Shown here: piece after piece, positions 50,148 through 58,030 of the stretch
Position numbering within the stretch: the first letter of the stretch is position 1
Layout of the letters: each line of letters starts with the position of its first letter
Origin: Harriotta raleighana
Taxonomy: Eukaryota
Direction of reading: 5' to 3'
Assembly: GCA_050575255.1 (NCBI GenBank)
Contig: JBNZDD010013686.1
Location: 4,398,801-4,456,830 of the forward strand
Length of the DNA stretch: 58,030 nucleotides
Program-made: the position numbers and the translations under genes
The notes under the pieces: generated by a model
What the model was told of the DNA's origin: nothing
Databases searched by the model: none
Seen by the model: the letters and a program-made list of their open reading frames with translations, nothing else

Positions 50148-53080
50148 TTTGTATTATCAGTTCACATTTAATTCCATTTGTGCTAGATGTATTTAGCATT
50201 CTGCACCACTCGCATATGTAAATATCTTGACAGGCTGTTTGTGAAGAACCAGCACTTTCTAAATCATTTCATAATCCTAATTGTAAAATCAGGCTCAGCC
50301 TTATCGATACACTTTGCAAATACTGTACCTTGGAAGAACTCCTGATTCTATCACTGCTCTTGTGTTTGAGCAGACGAATCTCAGTGTGTGCTGGAGTGAT
50401 AAGAAACTGAAGTAAATCATCATGCACCTCTCAATTAAAACCTTCTACTGAATGTTACCTTGACATTTACTTCTTAAAGATAAGAAAGTCAATCTCCTTG
50501 ATTGAAGTAACTATTATGATTGTTATTATTGTTGTTGTAGTCAAACAATTGCATTCAACAATTATAATAGATATTCACAATTATAACACATGTTATGATG
50601 CATGTGTGGCTTGTTTTACCACTTGACTTACACTTCTGCACAACCATGGAAATGTCTGGAGTTTTACTTGGCCCCAAATTAAATGTTAAATTAACACAAC
50701 TAACGTTTTTGAAATGGTGCAGGAAATATTTGTTCAATGTCTCCAGCTAATGTACTTGCTCTGTACAAATGGTACATAGCTCAAGGGTGACATGTGATTG
50801 TGCATACTATAATTCTCATGAGCTGATATTTGCTGGTCTCACTGAGTACTGCCTAGGTCAGTCTTTTCATGGCCTTATTTAAATTATAACACAGTTACAA
50901 AATGAAGAAACTACTATATATCCAAGTTACCTTGTACAATATGACTGGAAAATCAAGGGAAAGGGATGGGGGTTGCAATCGGGTACAAAGCAACAAAACA
51001 TGTTACATTTCTCAGTTTGGTTTCTCTTCAACTGAAAAGTAATGGGAATTACATTTGACCTATTCTTCATTTCTATGTCCAATCCTTAAAAAAAAGTGTT
51101 CTTTCCTGCCTAAAACTGCTAAAATGTATGCTATAATGTAAAATGTTTCATAAGTGCTGGCTGCTATAGACTTGTTGTTCATTATGTTAATATAGATGTC
51201 TTTGTTTTGCATTGGTATGATGAGATAGCGGACTTGAATGCTTGCTTCATTGTTTTATTATGTGATGAAAAGCACCCAAAAAAATTCTATTTGCAATATC
51301 AGAAATGTTCAGAGAGTTCATTTTCTCTTCTGGGTGACACTCAGCAGGCATTGAGTAGCATGACCCCGGTGTGATAAAATCTAACTTTTCTTACACTTGT
51401 CAAGTTACCAATGATATATACAAATATACTTTATAATATATTACAGATTGACATCATACAAAAAGTATCTCCATGGCACAGGAGCATCAGCTTTATTTAT
51501 AACCTGTTTATTCATTTTATATCTGTAGCTGAGTGACTCAGCAGTAATAACTTCCATCAAGTCTAGGGTCAACCTTTAGGGCTTATTTTCAGATGTTTAA
51601 ATGTTCTTTATCAATTTACCACCAATTGGATTGTATGTCGTTATCTGGGTGCTTTTGCACATTTCTGACGGTTTGAGTGATTCACACTGTACTTATTTGG
51701 GCAGACAGCTTCTGCCTACTGTTGCCCAGTGGTGAATGTAATCTAACCTCATTCATTTGGGAGGAAGGCACGGCGTTGGTGTTTCTGACGATTAACAGGA
51801 GGGGTAAAGGGTTCAAGTGTGGAGGAGGTTCATTGCACAAGGAAAACATTCAGGTGGGTGGATGCCCAGGCCAGGGATGAATTAGGCACTCTGTATCCAC
51901 TGAGTGCTAAATGAACTAAATGAATTGTCTGCTTGTGCATCTCATTGTTTAATGGGAAACAAATGTTTAAAGGACGCTAATCTTACCCCCTCCCCCACCT
52001 CGTTTACAACCCCCAGCTCGTTGGGTGAAGCAGTGTTGAGAACTTTGAGATGCCCTTCTAACATGAAAAAAAAATTAGGTAAATGTCATGTGATGTTTCT
52101 GGAAGGCAAACGCAAAAATATTGCTTCTCCTGCCCACGGATATTTCTCAAAATCCAGCCTTTGTCCCTCAGCAGCCAAAAGTTACGACTTCCCCTGACCT
52201 AAATTATACAAGTTCAAAGTCCCAGCTTGGGATTTGAATCCATATCCTTGTGAATCTGAGGCAAGTGTTGGTTGTTTCATTCAGCAGCCAAGTTGATGCC
52301 TGAATCTGAACACATCTGAATCTCACAGTTGCAAAGCTTTCTTCATTCCAAACCGACGTGGCTTTTTCTTTTAAAAGGTCTTATATATTTTTTAAAACAG
52401 TATTTATTACAGTCTACGGTATTTAAAAAAAATAATTGTGTGATTTTTAGGTTTTAAAATAGACAAAGTTTGGAGAACTACACTTTCTAAGAGGAAACAT
52501 GTTCAAGGACAATGTGTGACTTTGTCCAGATCTGAATTGAATTGATCATTAATGTGATTCTCCAAGCCGTACCGAGCTAACCCTTTCTTCTTCACCTGTG
52601 CACAATCAGTGAAGTCATTCCTATTGAAATAGGATATAACAAAATGAGACCTGGACTTGTTCCTGTAAGTATATGTAACATTAATAATTTATTTGTTGCT
52701 CAAGTGTGTGAGTCAAACAAATTGCAGAGACTCGGGCGTCTCGTTGCATAATTGGAAACAGAGTGAAATATAAAAATGTGCTGCACAATACAAAAAGGTA
52801 TTTTTTATCCCAAAATCTATTGTTGCGTTGCTAATAAATGTTGTCCTTCAAAACAGGCATTCTGTAAGCTTCTAATGCCTCACAGGTAATATGCTGAGAA
52901 GCTGACAATGAAACCTCACTTGTCAGAACATCCTCTCCAATTAAAAATGCATAGTTGAAGGAAAGTTATAAATACAGGTAGCGACATCCTTAAAAATTCC
53001 ATCTTTAGAATTGTACCCTGTGTGGGTGGGTGTGCACATGCATGCATACTGCAGAGTCATTGACTTCACGTATACTTTAC

Positions 53081-53430
53081 AACAACACAACAACAACTTT
53101 GATTTATATAGCGCCCTCCACGCCAGCTGGGGTCTCAGAGTGCTTCACAATAATGGATCCTGGGACCAAGCCAGGGGCAGGGGTGGAAAGGTGACCAAAG
53201 GTGTGGTCGAAGAGAAAGATCTTCAGCTGGGACCTGAAACTGGAAAAAGAGGGGGTGAGGCAGAGGGAGTGAGGAAGGGAATTCCAGAGCCTCAGAGCAT
53301 AGTGGCTGAAAGCACGACCGCTGAGGGTAGAGTGGAGGATTCGGGGGACATGGAGGAGGCCAGACCCAGTTGGTTTGAGGAAAGAGAAGGTCAGACAGGT
53401 AGGGGGGTGCAGAGGAATGGAGGGATGCTC
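53081..53430 (-). mobile_element. L2 LINE 3' end with ORF2 C-terminus
   Basis: Minus frame GLLHVPRILHSTLSGRAFSHYALRLWNSLPHSLCLTPSFSSFRSQLKIFLFDHTF is a classic L2 C-terminus; tail GGCGCTATATAAAT...(TTG)n. Confidence 0.92.
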
Positions 53431-54473
53431 TGATCTCAGTTATTGCAATGCTTGTTCACTTTATTTTTGGAATGCCCGCACAGAGAGAAGGCTATGAACT
53501 TTGTGTCTTAGCATGTTCCCCATTCAATCACAGTAGCCTTAACATGAACTTTTGACGAATATAGTATAACAAAACATTTCACACTGCGCCAAGCTCGAGA
53601 AACTGCTAAATAAGGGGTTGGTTCACAGACATGTGTTAGAGCTGTGCTATCTGCTGTCAATTTTTACCTTTCAGCAACTCTGTACTATTCTACTGAAAAG
53701 TCAAAAATTGACAGTAGACTTCACATTTAACAAGGACTTTCATCAAGCAATTTTTTGTGTGTTGAACACAAACACTGAAATGTCTGCTCTCTATTTTGCT
53801 GATCGAAAATGCATTTCGACTCGCCTTCCCTGGCCTTTGTAGTGTTCAAAAGGCTTGTCCTAGTTCTCATTCAATACTCAGCTCTGCTTATCACTGTGTC
53901 CCAGGCTCTAGCAGACATTACGACACAGATAGGATGGAGAAAAATGGCAGGGCACATATAGATATGTTCATAAAGAAAATATCTATTAGAGAACACTAGA
54001 AGATGCTTCAAGTAGAATAAAATAACTTCAGATATGACAATATCAAATCTAATGGTAAGTGTCTGTAAACATTCCTGTTGATATTTTTCATGACCTTGAA
54101 TATCGGAGTGGACTACACGTTCAAATCTTTGGAACAGGTTCACAATGATAGTACAGTTTGTTACAGTGGAAAATGACACTGACCTTTCATCAGCACTGTA
54201 ATTCAGTCCATCTGTATTCGGGTCTATTTGAATATTGAAGGCCCGTTAGGTGGGAGTGTTTGCTGCAGAGTTTTGGAAAAAAAACTGAGTCAAATAGGAA
54301 CAGGACAAGTATATAACGCGTGCACTTCTGGTGTTGAAGAGGCTAATCACATCAAATTGGCTTTGACTGTTCCCTTTTTTTCACAGAAAAGCTTAAAGGA
54401 GATGAAAAACCTGCTGGGAACAACTTCTCAACATTATGTACTCCTTACATTTATTATTTAAAAAAAAGCTTAC

Positions 54474-54916
54474 CTCCTGCCTTGTAGTCGAGATCTTCCA
54501 TTTAGTAAATCATTTCCGTTCCCATGGAAACTCTGTTTTCGCTCTCTGCTCGAACCTGGCACTATTCCGATGTTACGGTGGTCCACTGCGAACTTCTGAG
54601 CAGCTCTGTTCACAGAAACCCATCACTTGCATTGTATTGTTTCGTAGCCAAGATGTTGACGATCCGTCCTGACCAACTAGTTGGCAACCTTAGTGAGTGG
54701 GTTTTATAGGGTTGCTTTCCTTTATGATCAGCACCTCTGGCAAGTCCAAAGCCAAATGTCTGTGCTTTAAACCAATAGAGCTACTGTACATAGAATTTGC
54801 GAAAACTGCTACAGGTATTTACGCAGGAAGTGCTGTGTACTGCGTGTCCAGCCTTTCCTTGTAGTCGAAAATGAACAGTCAACAACAACAGTCGCCTAAT
54901 TAAAGAAAGCTTCCTC
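54474..54916 (-). other. candidate spliced exon (5' UTR, possibly with start codon MEDLDYKAG) of an unidentified minus-strand host transcript
   Basis: Acceptor CTAATCGATTTGTGTTTTAG|G, donor GAG|GTAAGC, locally CpG-rich and free of recognisable repeats; ATG at 54501. No protein match recognised. Confidence 0.4.
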
Positions 54917-55039
54917 CTAAAACACAAATCGATTAGAGCAGACTTGCGAGTTCATATGTGATAACATTGCTTAAACAGAACAACATAAACGGATGGATCC
55001 TACAGTATATGTATTTTGCTTTAGTTAGAAAGTATTTGT

Positions 55040-55152
55040 GATAGATTTACAAAGAATGTACAGCACAAAAACAGGCCACTCAGCCCAACTAGTCCATGTG
55101 GTGTTTAAGTACCCATTCTCTCCCTTACTCTCTCCCATACCCTTTTAGTCCG
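55040..55152 (-). mobile_element. old CR1 3' end fragment
   Basis: TACAGCACAAAAACAGGCCACTCAGCCCAACTAGTCCATG, homologous to 12218-12345. Confidence 0.75.
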
Positions 55153-55699
55153 CTGCATATACATGCATGATTTTTAAGCAGTTCTTCCTTTTAGTAATCT
55201 GTTTTTTAATAGAAGGGATTTGATGGAGCTCTCAAAGATCAGAGGTGGGTAGCTGTTGAACGCTAAGTAGACACAAATAAATTGTGCCTTGGAGGACTTA
55301 AAGGAAAGCAGATTATCACTGTCCCCAGTGATAGCATGAATGAGAGTAAGGTTTAGTGTTTGAGCCATTGCACTGCCGATTTAACAATATAAAAGAACCA
55401 AACATATTCACCTATATTTGACATTGACTGTGGGAAGGAAGAACATTGCACTTGACCATCATGAATCATCACACATTCCCATACTCTCTCCTTCCCCATA
55501 CTTCTATTTGATCTTTGTCATTTGACTGTTCTCAAAGATATCAAACTGGTATATATCATACCCGGTTCACAAGCTTGTTTAAAAAATAAAATTCTGTTTT
55601 ACTTTAAACTTTTTTTTACTTTTCAGAATATAACAAAAAGCACATGGCTGCGAACAGGAGATAGTGAAATTAGCTTTGGAAATATAAGTACAGTATATC

Positions 55700-55980
55700 A
55701 ATAATAATAAAATAATAACAATGCTTGCATTTGATATAGCCTTATAGTGTCTTATCATGTCTTCGAGACATCTCAGAGCGCCGCACATATCATTTATACT
55801 GTAAAGTGAATTGACTGGATATATTGTGAGCAAAATGTGGCAGCCAATTGTGCACAGCAGCGTCTCACAAATGGTCGTGACCAATTTCTTATTATTTTTT
55901 AAAAGGAATGATTGCCCCCTGTAAAATCAGGTCTCTCGTTTGTGAGGCAAGTGCTCTAACCACTGAGCTCAGGACTCCAC
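55700..55980 (-). mobile_element. tRNA-derived SINE, near full length with internal deletions
   Basis: Ends GTGCTCTAACCACTGAGCTCAGGACTCCAC (head, reverse complement); Deu core GGCAGCCAATTGTGCACAGCAGCGTC; (AAT)n tail. Confidence 0.9.
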
Positions 55981-56039
55981 CATAAATTTCTATCAATAAA
56001 TAGTATGGTGGCGGGCAGTTGCATTCTAGTTAAAGGGTC

Positions 56040-56122
56040 TTACACAGTGCCTTGGGATGTCCTACTGACATGAACTGCGCTATACAAGTGTAATTTTGTT
56101 GTTGTTGTTGTTGTTGTTGTTG
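56040..56122 (+). mobile_element. L2-type 3' tail with (GTT)n
   Basis: CAGTGCCTTGGGATGTCC...GCGCTATACAAGTGTAATTTT(GTT)n. Confidence 0.8.
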
Positions 56123-56559
56123 ATACTGAAAGCATTAATCCATATTTTAGGTGGTGGATTTTCTCTGCATTCTGTTTTTGTTATGACCAAAGTGTGAGTT
56201 TTGGGAAGCTTTTCAGGAACAACATCAGATTCCTCCATCATTGCATTTGAAATCAGGTTGCGAAACCTTTCATCACAAAAGTTATTTATTTCATTTAACT
56301 TTGCACACTGTGTGTGAAGTTCAAAAATCGAATTATGTCAGATATCTGGACACTCACATTTTACAGTTGCATCCAAATCTATGAAATGAACTTTTGATAA
56401 GCCACCAACATTGAGAGTTCCAGCTATCTCGCATTCTTTCCATTTCTAAGAATTTTGCACAGAATATCTGGAGCTTGAGTGAAGCCATTAGTTGATGTGC
56501 CAAGATAATGTGTTTGTGGAATTGGTGACTGCAGACCTCTGCTCTTTCACTTGACCTCA

Positions 56560-57565
56560 CAATTTTTACATCCATTTAATGCAGTTCCTTACAATTCTAC
56601 CATCAGGAAAAAAAAACCCTGTCAATTGTTTTGAAAAAATTCCTATTACTCTCTGGGGATGTGCAGAAAGGAATAAAAGTCTCACTGGGGAATTGACATT
56701 TGTGGTCCCCCCACCCCACCCCCGATTTTTATTCTGCTCTTTAAAGACAAATGGAACAGCAAAAAAAAAACACACAACTTGAAAATTGTCCGCGCTTCTG
56801 TTTCCTAACAGTTCTTAATTTACTTTAGAAACAATTCCTTGAAATAAATCTTTCCTTTCAATTATTCATATTCATTTGAAACAATGGTCTTTTGGGGATC
56901 CTTTTGTGAATCGAGGAATATCATCTGCAAACAGAAGCACATTCTGCTCCATTATGTTAGGCCGACTGGCTCCATTGCCTGAACGTTGATGAATAGCCAC
57001 TGCTAATGACTCCGAGGAGAATAACAATGAAATGGGTGATAATTGGCAAAGCTGCATGCACCTCTGTGTAAATTAAGTGTCCAGGAGTTTGCACTGCTTG
57101 TTAAAATTTGTGCTGCAGGAAACGAGGTTCATTATTTTTATCTGGTCTGTAAATGAAGGGGGATCTGAACACTAACATTTTTTTTTCGTGGAGTTCTGTA
57201 GCTCAGTAATTAGAGCACTCACTTCGCATGTGAGAGAGCTGGGTTCGGATCCTGGCAGGCCAAAATGTTGCGCAAGTTTCCTTACTCCACATGCCTCTTA
57301 TAATATAATTTCAATGCAAGGATTATTATTATTATTCATATTTACTTACCATATAGAGAAGCTTCCTGTGCAGATCTGGATAAGAAAAATGGGTGGAATT
57401 TTATCATTTTACAATGATAAATATAGTTTCTCTTCAAAAACAATTTCTAACTTAACCTATCTGAATAAGAAGATCTGAATAAGAAATTCTATGATATTTT
57501 AGTACCTGTGTTTACCCAACGGCAAGTAGGAACCCAGTTAATCGATTGGAGGATTGCTTTTCCAG
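56560..57565 (-). mobile_element. ancient L1-clade (L1/Tx1) ORF2 RT remnant, frameshifted, interrupted by a SINE
   Basis: Collinear minus-strand peptides PGKAILQSINWVPTCRWVNTGTKI (cf. PGKDP..C.NYRPISLLN.D.KI), PAAQILT..NLHRG.QLCQLSP (cf. RG.RQGCPLSP), ESLAVAI, LLFADDI (YADD-equivalent) and NSPVRLLFL (cf. NVLPRLLYL). Confidence 0.8.
57188..57333 (+). mobile_element. SINE head fused directly to tail (body missing)
   Basis: GTGGAGTTCTGTAGCTCAG...GGGTTCGGATCC...TTTCCTTACTCCAC, then TAAT..CAATGCAAGGATTATTATTATT. Confidence 0.85.
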
Positions 57566-57567
57566 GG

Positions 57568-57645
57568 TAATACAATAATTCCTTCAAAAAATGAATAAAT
57601 TGGTCACTCAACACATGACTGTTTGTGGGACACCGCTGTGCACAA
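57568..57645 (+). mobile_element. SINE body fragment interrupted by CR1
   Basis: TAATACAATAATTCCTTCAAAAA...AATTGGTCA...GACTGTTTGTGGGACACCGCTGTGCACAAA. Confidence 0.8.
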
Positions 57646-58030
57646 ATTCATAGATTCATAGATTCATAGAAGTTTACGGCACAAAAGGAGGCCATTCGGC
57701 CCATCTAGTCTGTGCCGGCTCTTTGAAAAGAGCAATTTAATCCCACTGCCCTGCTCGCTCCCCATAGCCTAATAGACCTGTTCTCCCTAAATAAAGATCT
57801 AATTCCCTTTTAAAAGTTGTTATCGAATCAGCCTCCACCACCTTTTCAGGCAATGCATTCCAGATTCGAACAACTCGCTGAGTGAAAAAGTTTCTCCTCA
57901 GCTCCCCTCTACTTCGCTTTGAAACTATTTTAAATCTGTGACCACGGGTCACAGATTCGCCCACGAGTGGAAATAGTTTTTCTCTATTTGCCCTGTCGAA
58001 ACCCCTCATGATCTTATAAACCTCTATTAG
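57646..58030 (-). mobile_element. CR1 LINE 3' end, young copy, runs off the window
   Basis: Reverse complement of ~8044-8424; identical ORF2 C-terminal peptide (57737-58009); (ATTCATAG)n tail. Confidence 0.97.

Noticed and set aside
53011-53433. 140-aa plus-strand ORF (and the 127-aa ORF at 27601-27984)
   Set aside because: Antisense read-through of L2 3' ends.
54480-54868. FLAG-tag-like GACTACAAGG (synthetic contamination)
   Set aside because: Only the DYK codons match; no DDDDK and no vector sequence.
1-58030. Remaining 60-136 aa ORFs in the track
   Set aside because: Lengths and compositions are as expected by chance or from repeats; no recognisable domains.

Overview
AT-rich, CpG-poor vertebrate non-coding DNA (large intron or intergenic). 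The repeat content points to a cartilaginous fish, probably a holocephalan (chimaera/elephant-shark type); this is an inference from repeat similarity, not a database result. No host protein-coding gene, RNA gene, CRISPR array or prokaryotic system can be recognised. The only long ORF (7582-8337) is the C-terminus of a CR1 LINE ORF2. The window holds two nearly identical young CR1 3' ends, older CR1, L2 and L1-clade fossils, about 15 tRNA-derived Deu-domain SINE pieces of two generations, two Tigger/pogo-like MITEs and one hAT-Charlie-like MITE. Several duplications joined by a single N (3.6 kb, 88 bp, ~58 bp, 35 bp x3) look like uncollapsed haplotypes. The observations most worth follow-up are: (1) the young SINE carries an internal inverted copy of its own 3' tail and copies break at exactly that site; (2) 'double-tailed' SINE insertions; (3) a second, unnamed element using the same 3' tail; (4) a candidate minus-strand exon at 54474-54916 with an abutting uORF stop/ATG; (5) PBX-HOX plus MEIS motif clusters. 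I cannot support a claim of a new biological system beyond these retroelement-architecture hypotheses. Repeat boundaries were read by eye and are approximate.
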